NCBI GenBank assembly: GCA_008690995.1
Contig: VRMN01000006.1
Location: 124,001 to 188,000 of the forward strand
Reading direction: 5' to 3'
Source of the DNA: Porphyridium purpureum
Taxonomy: Eukaryota
DNA length: 64,000 nucleotides
Part shown: positions 51,205 through 60,654 of the stretch, in pieces
Position numbering within the stretch: position 1 is the first letter of the stretch
How the letters are laid out: each line of letters starts with the position of its first letter
Notes under the pieces: generated by a model
What the model was told of the DNA's origin: nothing
Databases searched by the model: none
What the model saw: only the letters and a program-made list of their open reading frames with translations
Position numbers and translations under genes: made by a program

Positions 51205-53124
51205 CTACGTGATGACATCAGGGGATGTTCGACACAGACGCGCGTGGATGCTGGTCCACTGGGCGACGAATTGCACCAGCGGGTCGAGAGCGACGGTGAC
51301 GTCGCGCGCCAGACGCGAGTCTGCGGCAGATGCAGACTCGTTCGGCGCGCGCGGCGGCTCGTAGCGTTCCAAGTAGACTCGCACCGTCGCCCCGCTCGAT
51401 CCCGTCCCGCTCAGTCGGAACACCACGCGCGCCCCGTCCGTGAAAAGCAGTCGCACGCCTTGCTGCGAGGCACTGCTGCCGTCTACTGGGTCTACGTATG
51501 AAAACTCGTCCACTGTGAAATTGCATGCTCCTTCCTGCGACGCCGCAGACACCTCCGAGCCCACAAAGGACCGCAGCCACGCCATGAGCTGGTCTGCGGC
51601 GTCGGACTGGACTTTTTCGTAGTCGTGACGTCCATAATAATGACGGCCATATTTGTGCCAGTGCTCTTGCATAATTTGCGACATACTGACAGGCGCAGAC
51701 CCCGAGGGTGCGGAGCGGCTACGATACTCCAGAATACTCAGCCATGCGAGCACGGCCCATAGTCCATCCTTCTCCCGCACATGCGTGGAGCCTGTTCCAA
51801 AGCTCTCCTCGCCACAAATGGCAATCCTGCCCGCGTCCATCAAATTGCCAAAGTACTTCCAACCTGTCGGAGTTTCGTAGCAGCTCCAACCACGCCTTGC
51901 AGCAACTTGGTCAAGCGCCCTGCTTGTAGGCATGCTGCGCGCCACACCTGTGATACTGTTGACTTGAAAGTACGGAATGACTGCTTCTGCGTACTCTGCA
52001 ATGACCGCGACCGAGTCAGACGGAGAAACAAATAAATTAGCCCCGAGTATCATGTTGCGGTCGCCATCTCCATCGCTTGCGGCTCCAAAGTCGGGGCGTT
52101 TCTCAGAGCATCGATCTTCAGAACCCGAGGGCAAAGCACCCAGGATTCGCGCTAGGTCCGCGGCATACGTCAAGTTTGGGTCCGGGTGAATACCGCCAAA
52201 GTCTTCCAAACATTTGCAATTGCGCAGTGAATCTGCCGGGGCGCCCAACCGTCCCACAAACACACGATACGCGTACTCGCCACTCACGGCATTCATGCCG
52301 TCGTACACGAAAGAAAAATCTGGACGTTGAACAAAAGCAGCGAGTCTGTTCATGTCAAATACGGTCTCCAGTAGCTTTGCGTACTCGTGCACGGGGTCTA
52401 CGACTTCAACGCAGAATCCGTCGTCGCAATGCTTCGTTCCCACGCATGATAGATCGGTCGGCTCCATTCGATCGTTCAAATAAAATTCCGTGATCGACAG
52501 CGTTTCTGCGAAGATCTTATCCGTTAGAGCCTCAGTTGCTGGCCCTCCCGATTGAATATTGTATTTGATTCCCCAGTCTCCATGCTCAGGACCGCCCGGG
52601 TTGTGCGAGGCAGTCAGGATGATCCCGCCCGCAGCCTTTCTTGCGCGGATCAGAGCTGACATTGCCGGGGTGGACATGATGCCGTCGCGTCCGACGATGA
52701 TCTTGTTCACTCCGTTGGCGGCTGCCATGCGGATAATCACATCGCACGCCTCCCGATTAAAGTATCGGCCGTCGCCTCCCAAGCACAGCACACACGCCGC
52801 AGCAGATGCGGCATCGCGGGATTCCGACAGGACGTTGAAAAGCGCCTGGATCCAGTTCTCGACAAAGTTGGGCGTGCGCTGCACTTCTTGCACAGTTTTC
52901 CGCAACCCAGATGTGCCGGTCTTCTGGCCAGCAATTGGTGCCGTCGCCTTTCTGTACTGATGTTGAGTATCAGTGGAAGTTTGGCCCGCTGCCGCCGCCC
53001 GCCATTGCGTTAAGCGTCTTGCGGAAGCGCCGACCTCTGTGACAGCGCGCGGCACCGCCGACACCCTGGGTGACGGATGCGCCACGCGACGCCCGCCACT
53101 CGCAGATCCTACAAATGCCGCCAT
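51205..53124 (-). CDS. PGM: Phosphoglucomutase, predicted plastid-targeted
   Basis: 'GQKTGTSGLRK', 'TASHNPGG', 'DGDGDRNM', 'CGEESFGTGS', 'FRLSGTGS', ends 'PDVIT'. MAAFVG transit-like N-terminus. Confidence 0.95.
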   Translation of the reverse strand: MAAFVGSASGGRRVAHPSPRVSAVPRAVTEVGASARRLTQWRAAAAGQTSTDTQHQYRKATAPIAGQKTGTSGLRKTVQEVQRTPNFVENWIQALFNVLSESRDAASAAACVLCLGGDGRYFNREACDVIIRMAAANGVNKIIVGRDGIMSTPAMSALIRARKAAGGIILTASHNPGGPEHGDWGIKYNIQSGGPATEALTDKIFAETLSITEFYLNDRMEPTDLSCVGTKHCDDGFCVEVVDPVHEYAKLLETVFDMNRLAAFVQRPDFSFVYDGMNAVSGEYAYRVFVGRLGAPADSLRNCKCLEDFGGIHPDPNLTYAADLARILGALPSGSEDRCSEKRPDFGAASDGDGDRNMILGANLFVSPSDSVAVIAEYAEAVIPYFQVNSITGVARSMPTSRALDQVAARRGWSCYETPTGWKYFGNLMDAGRIAICGEESFGTGSTHVREKDGLWAVLAWLSILEYRSRSAPSGSAPVSMSQIMQEHWHKYGRHYYGRHDYEKVQSDAADQLMAWLRSFVGSEVSAASQEGACNFTVDEFSYVDPVDGSSASQQGVRLLFTDGARVVFRLSGTGSSGATVRVYLERYEPPRAPNESASAADSRLARDVTVALDPLVQFVAQWTSIHARLCRTSPDVIT

Positions 53125-53156
53125 CGCAGACGCAACTGTTCCTTTAGTGATTATGC

Positions 53157-54785
53157 TCAAGTGAAACGCTTCAGGCGCTCAACACTAAATGGAGTGTGGC
53201 ATTCAGGACATCTGCTACCTAGAACATTTGCTGCACGTCCCGTGCAAGACTCACAGAGGCCGTGACCACACGGCAAGCCGGACCGTGCGGGTTTCACCAC
53301 GCACAGATCGCACATGCTACTAGAGAGCGTAGCTGTCGGTGGCATCACGCCAGACATGGACGGAGTAAGCGTCCACGGGTGCACACCACTTGGATTCGGT
53401 CCTGCCTGGAAATCGGCACTGGAGCCACTGTGCTGTACTCCAGGAGACGGGTAATACCCTGTCGGTTCAACAGGAACGAACATACTCCCTGAGTGGATCC
53501 CCACCAGTTTGGCAGCGGCTTCGAGCTCTAGCTGTTGCTCCTTTTGCTTTTCGATAATTTTCTTCACCGACTCCATACGATCAAGAGTCATGCCCACAAA
53601 TTTTCTCAGCTTCTTGACCTCCTCCAAGGCGTTCGGCGATCCCACTGCATTGTAGCTTTTGATGGCGTCCATCAATGTACTGACTCCGGTTATGTAGTGG
53701 TCCATGGCAGCGGTGTAATCCTTATCTTTGTCCAGATCCAGCGCCTTGTTCAGTTGCTTCTTCCCCAACTGTGCCTGCTCGGCCGCCTGTTGTTCTTGCG
53801 TAGGACGATGGTGTGTCTGCGGGACGGGCTCGGCCGGTGCGGGAAACACAGCGGGTGCCATTGGCGCCGAAAAGGGAGGCTGTGCGCGCATATGTGATGC
53901 TCCGAGCGATCCCGGTTGGACCATCCATCCTTCGACGCCATGACTGCTTTCCAAATAGATGCGCTCGCGCTCAAACGCAAAATTTAAGTCGTTGATGCCG
54001 TTTTGGACATCAGCAAAGGATTGCTCCGCCGAGGGGTCAGAAATGGTCGTGGTTTGCTCGCACGTCGTTTCAGATGCCGTGTAATATGCGCCCGGGTTTG
54101 CACTTCCATATGCTGCTTTCGCCAGGTCATCTGCAGTCAAGTCTGGGATCACGCTATATTCGTCGTACTGGGGGTTTCCATTTTCCGTTCCGGTCGAATC
54201 AGCGGGCACAGGCGCGGCTTCCTGCTGCACTGCTTCCGCACCTTCACCTTCTGCGTTCGCATGTGCATCCGTATCGCAGCCCACTTTGTCCGTGTCTCTG
54301 TATCCTTCTTTCCTCAGCTGTGCCTCCTCAAATGCGAGAACCTTCTCTGCATCAGTCATCTCCGGCTCTTGCGGAGGCGCGGGCGCTACCTCCTCGGCAT
54401 AATGCTCCTGGGTGGCGGCTTCTCCGCCTTCGTCGGGCAAAGAAGGGGCTGCAGCGGGCTTCTTCTTGCCTCCTTTCATGGCCGCTTGCAGTTTCTGACC
54501 CCACTTATTCGCTTTCACCTGTGGCACTTCTTCAGCCAACTGGGCACTTGCAGCTGCCTCGACACCTCCGCTATCGTGCGAAGCCGCGCTGTCCTGGGCC
54601 TGGGCGTCCATGCCGTCCTGCTCGACGACGCTGCCCACCGGCGCATCGTACCCTTGCTGAGGCGCGGCGCCGTCTGCAGCGCCAGGCACGGCGCCATAGA
54701 CACCAACTTCCTGTTGCGAGGCCTGACCTCCAGCCCCGTCTGGCTCCGCCACCACAACACCCTGCTTTCGGAAAAACTTCTTCAT
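53157..54785 (-). CDS. MIT-domain + C-terminal C3HC4 RING-finger protein
   Basis: MIT 'LNKALDLDKDKDYTAAMDHYITGVSTLMDAIK...LRKFV..TLDRMESVK', RING 'CDLC...LPCGHGLCESC...CPECHTPF'. Start placed at MKKFFR (54785). Confidence 0.78.
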   Translation of the reverse strand: MKKFFRKQGVVVAEPDGAGGQASQQEVGVYGAVPGAADGAAPQQGYDAPVGSVVEQDGMDAQAQDSAASHDSGGVEAAASAQLAEEVPQVKANKWGQKLQAAMKGGKKKPAAAPSLPDEGGEAATQEHYAEEVAPAPPQEPEMTDAEKVLAFEEAQLRKEGYRDTDKVGCDTDAHANAEGEGAEAVQQEAAPVPADSTGTENGNPQYDEYSVIPDLTADDLAKAAYGSANPGAYYTASETTCEQTTTISDPSAEQSFADVQNGINDLNFAFERERIYLESSHGVEGWMVQPGSLGASHMRAQPPFSAPMAPAVFPAPAEPVPQTHHRPTQEQQAAEQAQLGKKQLNKALDLDKDKDYTAAMDHYITGVSTLMDAIKSYNAVGSPNALEEVKKLRKFVGMTLDRMESVKKIIEKQKEQQLELEAAAKLVGIHSGSMFVPVEPTGYYPSPGVQHSGSSADFQAGPNPSGVHPWTLTPSMSGVMPPTATLSSSMCDLCVVKPARSGLPCGHGLCESCTGRAANVLGSRCPECHTPFSVERLKRFT

Positions 54786-55185
54786 TGCGCCGCGATGCCC
54801 TCGTGTGCCTGGCAAGACTCCCGCCCAACCCAACCGACGCACAGCGCAGCTACCTCGCACGCGCACCCAGCCCGCGGAAACTCAATTAAGCGAGCCAGCC
54901 CGCGACGAACCAAGGATGTATCAGCGACACTCACGTTCCAGCACGCGGCGAGCCAGGCAATCAGATAACCAGAGAACCAGAAAAGCAGCTCGCGAGGTAT
55001 ACAAGTAGCACGTCACGCCCTCATACCACTCTCAACCTCCCCGTTGCCTCTTCCCGGACTCCCTCCCTCAGTGTCTGTCCCTACGAAAGAAGCGACTCCC
55101 CCACGTCCTTCACGCGCGCTTGACCCAGCGCGCCCGGTTCACCGGATTCGGCGCAAACGGCGCGCAGCACCTAACCGTTAATGCA

Positions 55186-55217
55186 ATGGACCGATGAACC
55201 GATGAACCGATGAACCG
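55186..55217. promoter_or_regulatory. Tandem 4x ATGRACCG octamer in the divergent MIT-RING/ATAD3 promoter
   Basis: ATGGACCG-ATGAACCG-ATGAACCG-ATGAACCG, followed by a GTAC cluster at 55235-55283. Confidence 0.45.
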
Positions 55218-55397
55218 AAACACGCTGCACGAACTGTACTCAGTGTACTTAGTGTACGCTTTGGTGTGTGGGGTAAGGTACAGTTTCTGAAGCGGTTGAT
55301 TGGCAGACGCCGTCGGCGCGTGTGTGTGGAGAGAAGAAGGGGAGAGGCGCGCGGTGGAGCGGGCGTGGTGGGTGTTTGAGAGGGTAGGTTGGATGCG

Positions 55398-57245
55398 ATG
55401 TTTAAAGGTGTGTTTGGAGGCGGGGGCGCGTCGACGTCGACGCCGTCCGAAGCGGCGATTCGGCAGGAGGCGCAAGGCATGAAAACCGCCGCCGCGGCGA
55501 CAGCGGTGAATGCGGATGGAGACAAGACGGACGGCGCGAGCCGGCGCGGCGCGGATCGCGCAAGTGCGGCGGCTGGGGGTGGGCGAGCGGGCTCGGTCAC
55601 GGGGTTTGATCCGGTGGGTCTGGAGCGAGCGGCCGCCGCCGCGCGCGAGCTCGACCGATCGCCGAACGCAAACGCCGCGCTGAATTTGATCCAGGAGCAG
55701 GAGCGCACCAAGCAGGCGGAGTACTCGGCACGCGGGAAGGAAATGGAGGCCGCGTCGAAGCAGATGGAGCTCGAGCGTGTGGCCAAGGCCGCCGAGGAGC
55801 AGCGCAGAAATATGCAGGCGCAGACAGAGCACCAGCAGCAGCTCGAATTGTACAAGGATCGGCTAGAGCGCAAGCGCCAAACCGACTTGCTGGAAAACCA
55901 GCTCTCTGCGCAAAGAGGTCTGCAGGAGGAGCAGAGGCAAAAGGACGAGGAAAGTGTGGCCCGGCAAGAGGCCATCCGCAAACGCACGCTCGAGTACGAG
56001 GCGCAGCTGCGCGCCAAGACAGAAGCGGCGCGCGCGCACGCCGAGGCGGAAGGGCGGATCAAGGAGGCGCGCGAAAATCGCGACATCAATCGCGAGAATG
56101 TGCTGCTGCAGGCAAAGGAGTACCGAGAAACGGTGTTAGAGTCCATCAAGCTCACCACATCCTCGGTCGGCTCGGCGTTGCAGACCTTTCTGGGTGACCG
56201 GCAGCGCATGACAGCCGCCGTCGCCGTTCTGTCGGCCACCGCGCTGGGTGTGTACTCGGCGCGCTCCTCTGCGTCGGTGATGGGTCGTTTTGTGGAGGCT
56301 CGCATCGGTAAGCCGCCACTTATCCGCGAAACATCGCGCCCGTCGCTCTCGCAGCTGCTCAGACATCCTGTGAAAAGCGCTGGGGCAATACAGGCGGTCC
56401 GCAACGCAGACGCATCGCATGTCATGAAGGGCATTGTGCTTCCTGCGCCACTGGAGCAGCGCCTGCAGCAAATTGCCGTGGCCACCCAGCACGCGCGGGA
56501 GAACGGGGCGCCGTACCGCAACCTGCTGCTGCATGGCCCGCCGGGTACCGGCAAGACGCTGTTCGCCAAAAGCCTTGCCCACAACGTTGGGATGCACTAC
56601 GCAATTTTGACTGGAGGTGACGTGGCCCCGCTAGGGAGGGACGCCGTCACGGAGCTACACAAGGTATTTGATTGGGCTGAGCATTCGCGGCGTGGGTTGC
56701 TCTTGTTTGTCGACGAGGCGGACGCATTTCTGCGCTCGCGAACGTCCGACCACATGACCGAGGAGACGCGCTCGGCACTCAATGCGTTTCTGTATCGAAC
56801 GGGCGAGAACTCACGGCGGTTCATGGTCGTGTATGCGTCCAATCAGCCCGAGCTGTTCGACTGGGCGGCAACAGACCGCGTCGATGAGGTTATTGAGGTC
56901 GACCTTCCTGGACTGGAAGAGCGCAAGCGGCTGGTGAAGCTTTACTTTGACAAGTATATCCGCAATGGCTCCACTGCCAAAATGCGCATCCAGTACGGAG
57001 GCATTGACGAGGGTGATCTTGATCTGGTCGCCACTCGCTTAGAACACGCGTCTGGCCGTGACATCTCCAAGTTCTTCATCGGGCTGCAAAGTGCCGCGTT
57101 TGGGAGCAAGAACGCTGTCCTTACAAAGGAGATGCTCACGTCGCTTCTCGACGCAGCCATCCGCCAGAAGCAGCAGAAGGAAGCCTGGATGGACGCATCA
57201 TCCCGTGTGTTCGAGGAATCACATTTTAGCGCCCGGAAACTGTAG
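55398..57245 (+). CDS. ATAD3: ATPase family AAA domain-containing protein 3
   Basis: 'GFDPVGLERAAAAAREL', coiled coils, 'GKPPLIRETSR', Walker A GPPGTGKT, 'TGGDVAPLG', Walker B 'LFVDEADAFL'. Confidence 0.95.
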   Translation: MFKGVFGGGGASTSTPSEAAIRQEAQGMKTAAAATAVNADGDKTDGASRRGADRASAAAGGGRAGSVTGFDPVGLERAAAAARELDRSPNANAALNLIQEQERTKQAEYSARGKEMEAASKQMELERVAKAAEEQRRNMQAQTEHQQQLELYKDRLERKRQTDLLENQLSAQRGLQEEQRQKDEESVARQEAIRKRTLEYEAQLRAKTEAARAHAEAEGRIKEARENRDINRENVLLQAKEYRETVLESIKLTTSSVGSALQTFLGDRQRMTAAVAVLSATALGVYSARSSASVMGRFVEARIGKPPLIRETSRPSLSQLLRHPVKSAGAIQAVRNADASHVMKGIVLPAPLEQRLQQIAVATQHARENGAPYRNLLLHGPPGTGKTLFAKSLAHNVGMHYAILTGGDVAPLGRDAVTELHKVFDWAEHSRRGLLLFVDEADAFLRSRTSDHMTEETRSALNAFLYRTGENSRRFMVVYASNQPELFDWAATDRVDEVIEVDLPGLEERKRLVKLYFDKYIRNGSTAKMRIQYGGIDEGDLDLVATRLEHASGRDISKFFIGLQSAAFGSKNAVLTKEMLTSLLDAAIRQKQQKEAWMDASSRVFEESHFSARKL

Positions 57246-57653
57246 AAGAAGGCTTAATGGGCATTCAGAGAAGAGCAGTAGAATGTGCGATCGCTCGGAA
57301 GGATCAGGGTGAGGGTCTCTCGCGAGACGACTGGGGAGAGAGAGGGGGAGGAAGTAAGGTAGCCGGTGTCAGTGCATCAATTTCTTTTCATTGTCCTCTC
57401 GGGGTACATCTGTAGCATTAGAACCTAAAGGAAAAAAAAGAGAGAAAGAAAGGGAAAGCGTGAAGCAAACGAGAGCCTTGCATGCCGATCGTATCAACAA
57501 GATCAGTATGCTAATTTCCATCTGCGACGCAGACACAAGGAAACAAAAGAGTCACCGTTTCTAGCTTCAGCATTCCAATCAGATGATCTCCATCTTCATG
57601 GTGCGAGCGACCATGCTTTGCTACAGAGCACATTCTGAGTCCACCAAGCTGAG

Positions 57654-59228
57654 CTAGGGCTCAATTCTGCCACGATATCGGGGGTAAAGGCAAACGTCGC
57701 GAATGTGGTGCTGCGCAAGCGCGTAGCAAATGAAGCGCTCGAGACCCAAGCCGTAACCACCGTGCGGGCAAGTGCCGTACTTGCGCTGATCAGAGAACCA
57801 GTAGTAGGGGGCAGGGTCAATGTTCTCGCGTTCGTACGCCTCCATGAGCTCGTCATAATCATGCATGCGCATAGAACCGCCGACGACTTCGCCGACACCA
57901 GGAATGAGGACATCTACGCTCTCTGTGAGTGCCCGGTCTTCCGGACAGCGTTTCATGTAGAACGATTTGAGCGTCATCGGAAACTTGATCATGAGGATCG
58001 GCTCGCCAATCATGTCCGTCATTTTGCGCTCTGGCCCTTCCGGAATGTCGTCACCAAACTCGAAGTGAGTTTGCGTTGCCTCATCCTTATAAATGTTGTG
58101 TTGGCGGCAGAACTTGACGGCGTCAGTGTACGTCAGCCGCTTAAACGGCCGTTTGAGAGGTTTGAGCCCCGGGTTGAGAACCTGCAGCAGGTCACCGCCC
58201 TTCTCTATGACGCGATCGACCACATCTGCAATCAAGTACTCGATGCGCTGCAGTAGATCTTCAAAGTCAATGAAGGCAAACTCGGCCTCAATGTGGTGAA
58301 ACTCGGCAAGGTGCCGACGGGTGGACGATTTTTCGGCTCGATAGCTAGGCAGGATACAAAAGCAGTCGCCAACGGCAGGGATACCAGTCTCCAGATACAG
58401 CTGTGAGCTTTGCGTGAGGTAGGCCGGCTCGCCAAAATAGTCAAAATGGAAGAGCGTTGAACCGCCCTCACACTGTGTCTGAACAAGTGTGGGCGGCGCA
58501 AGCTCCACATAATCGTTCGCGAAGAAGTGCTCGCGGAAGCACTGCGTGATAATGGAGCGCATACGCAAAACGGCAGAGGCCTTGGTGCCACGGATCACGA
58601 GGTGCCGCTGGTTCAGCAGAATGTCCGGGTTCGACTCGTGGGTGAGAATCATCTCGATCTCCGCAGGTGACGAGCCGACAAGCTCCCAGTAATCAACATG
58701 CAGTTCCATCCCGCCCTTCGCACGCTCATCTGAGCAAACTGTTCCATAGAGTGAAACCGAGGCCTCCCGGTTGAGCATCAGCGCGTCCTTTGTCATGCAC
58801 AGATTGCCAGACATCACCGCCTGAATATACCCGGTCCCATCGCGCAGCTCGAGGAACAGCAGCTTCTTGCTTTCCCACCGCAGCCGGTGCGTCCAACCCT
58901 GCAGCATCACTCTCGTGCCAATATGGCCACCATCCTCCGCTGGCGCGCACTTTAGCTTGCCGATCTTACACTTGACCGCCTGCGGAAGCGAAGGATCCAT
59001 GGTGATGACGACCTTCTCCGCTTCCTCCATCCGCCTCCGCGTCTCGGCCTCCTGCGCTCCGGCCTGCTCCTTGGCCTTTTCCTCCTTCTTCTTCGCATTT
59101 GCCTCCAGTCGCAGCATCTTTTTCAATCGGCTCTTCGGCAGATTGGCACGGGCCGCCTCATCCATTGCCATGAACGCGTCCAAGCCCAGCGCCTCCATCT
59201 CACCGGCTGCCTCCTCTGCGCCGTCCAT
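57654..59228 (-). CDS. NARS: Cytosolic asparaginyl-tRNA synthetase
   Basis: 'GWTHRLR', 'LRDGTG', 'VQTQCEGGSTLF', 'LTQSSQLYLE', 'RAEKSSTRRHLAEF', 'HGGYGLGLERF', 'LYPRY'. Confidence 0.95.
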   Translation of the reverse strand: MDGAEEAAGEMEALGLDAFMAMDEAARANLPKSRLKKMLRLEANAKKKEEKAKEQAGAQEAETRRRMEEAEKVVITMDPSLPQAVKCKIGKLKCAPAEDGGHIGTRVMLQGWTHRLRWESKKLLFLELRDGTGYIQAVMSGNLCMTKDALMLNREASVSLYGTVCSDERAKGGMELHVDYWELVGSSPAEIEMILTHESNPDILLNQRHLVIRGTKASAVLRMRSIITQCFREHFFANDYVELAPPTLVQTQCEGGSTLFHFDYFGEPAYLTQSSQLYLETGIPAVGDCFCILPSYRAEKSSTRRHLAEFHHIEAEFAFIDFEDLLQRIEYLIADVVDRVIEKGGDLLQVLNPGLKPLKRPFKRLTYTDAVKFCRQHNIYKDEATQTHFEFGDDIPEGPERKMTDMIGEPILMIKFPMTLKSFYMKRCPEDRALTESVDVLIPGVGEVVGGSMRMHDYDELMEAYERENIDPAPYYWFSDQRKYGTCPHGGYGLGLERFICYALAQHHIRDVCLYPRYRGRIEP

Positions 59229-59390
59229 GGTGTCTTCCTTCCGCAAAACCTTACTCCCTCTTCCCCGATCCCAGCCTTCTCAGCCTTCTCTCCCTTCTTT
59301 GATCTCAGGTGTCGTCGCCCCTGTCCACGTGACGCCACCTGGATCTGGGCTTGGACATGCATGTCTTGATGGGTTGTTGGGGCACACGTC

Positions 59391-60644
59391 ATGTTTATCC
59401 AGGTTGGCACCGCGGACAAGGGCGCTCAGAGAGCGCCCGCTACACTTGCTGCCGCCAATGGGTGCCGGTGGCTGTGTAGGCGCGACTTGGCCGAGTGCGC
59501 AACGAGAAGAGGGAGCGCGCGTGCTCGCATTCAGCGAACTCGTGCCAAGCGCGTACGCCTGGCCGCCGGCGCCGCCACGTCTATCACCGCACAGGGCAAC
59601 AGGGACGTCGTCACGGAAAATCCACTTGGTGCGCCGAAAGTGATTCTGGCGGGCGAGGCGCTGATGGACGTCTTTCTGGATGAGCAGTCGGGCGCGCGCA
59701 CGGCGAAGCCAGGTGGCGCTGTGGCCAACTGCAGTACTGCGTTGACCAAGCTGGAGACCGCGGCTGCCTTTGTGGGCTGTTTGGGCCAAGACGCGGCAGG
59801 GGATGAGTTGATGGATGTTCTAGAGCATGCGGCTGTGAACACAGCCAGTGTGCGTCGCATTGACAAATACCCAACAAGACGCGTGCTCGTCAGCACCCAG
59901 CCCGACGGAAACAGACAATTTGTCGGTTTCGCATCATCGGACAGTACCGAAGATGTCCTGAGTGACACGGCACTGTTTGCAGATTCCTGCTGCATGGATC
60001 CGGAATATGTGGACGGGGTGTTGTTCTACGCTGCACAAGCGCTGGTCACAGGGACTCTACTTCTCCCGACACCGTCGGGCGTGGCCATCCGAGAGATGGC
60101 CAAGATTGCTGATATGTGCAAGCTCAAAGTCTTCGTGGACGTCAACTGGCGTCCGGTATTCTGGAAAATGCGTACAAACCAGCAAGCACGGGACGAGATT
60201 CTTGCGTATCTCCGCGACTGTGCCAATTACATCAAACTTAGTGATGAAGATCTGGCCTTTCTAAACCTCGGCATCGATCCCGCGGAAGCGCTAAGAAATC
60301 CGGACCGTGTTCGTCAGGAGTTTAGAAGGGCGGAAGGCGTTCTCGTCACTTTCGGTGCTAAGGGCACGAGTTTCAGCATTCATTCCAATCAAGGCTTTGT
60401 CCCATCGTTTGACAACATCGACCAGGTTGATTCTACCGGGGCCGGTGATGCATTTTTTGCCGGCTTTCTGAGCGAAACGATTCGGCGCGGTGGAACCGGT
60501 GCCCTGATCGATAGCACTACATGCCACGAAGTGGTGAGGTTCGCCTCTGCTTGTGGCGCGTTGACTGTCACTCGGCAGGGCGCTATGGAAGCACAACCAT
60601 CTCGAGCACAAGTGGAAGCCTTTCTCTCGGACCAAACGGTATAA
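59391..60644 (+). CDS. PfkB-family carbohydrate kinase (fructokinase-like), predicted plastid-targeted
   Basis: 'GEALMD', 'PGGAVAN', 'DVNWRPVFW', 'IKLSDEDL', 'DSTGAGDAF.AG'. Arg-rich N-terminal extension. Confidence 0.9.
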   Translation: MFIQVGTADKGAQRAPATLAAANGCRWLCRRDLAECATRRGSARARIQRTRAKRVRLAAGAATSITAQGNRDVVTENPLGAPKVILAGEALMDVFLDEQSGARTAKPGGAVANCSTALTKLETAAAFVGCLGQDAAGDELMDVLEHAAVNTASVRRIDKYPTRRVLVSTQPDGNRQFVGFASSDSTEDVLSDTALFADSCCMDPEYVDGVLFYAAQALVTGTLLLPTPSGVAIREMAKIADMCKLKVFVDVNWRPVFWKMRTNQQARDEILAYLRDCANYIKLSDEDLAFLNLGIDPAEALRNPDRVRQEFRRAEGVLVTFGAKGTSFSIHSNQGFVPSFDNIDQVDSTGAGDAFFAGFLSETIRRGGTGALIDSTTCHEVVRFASACGALTVTRQGAMEAQPSRAQVEAFLSDQTV

Positions 60645-60654
60645 TTCGTAGTGG

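Noticed and set aside
55178..56584. 468-aa minus-strand ORF
   Set aside because: Antisense shadow of ATAD3 with Ser/Arg/Cys-rich non-protein composition.
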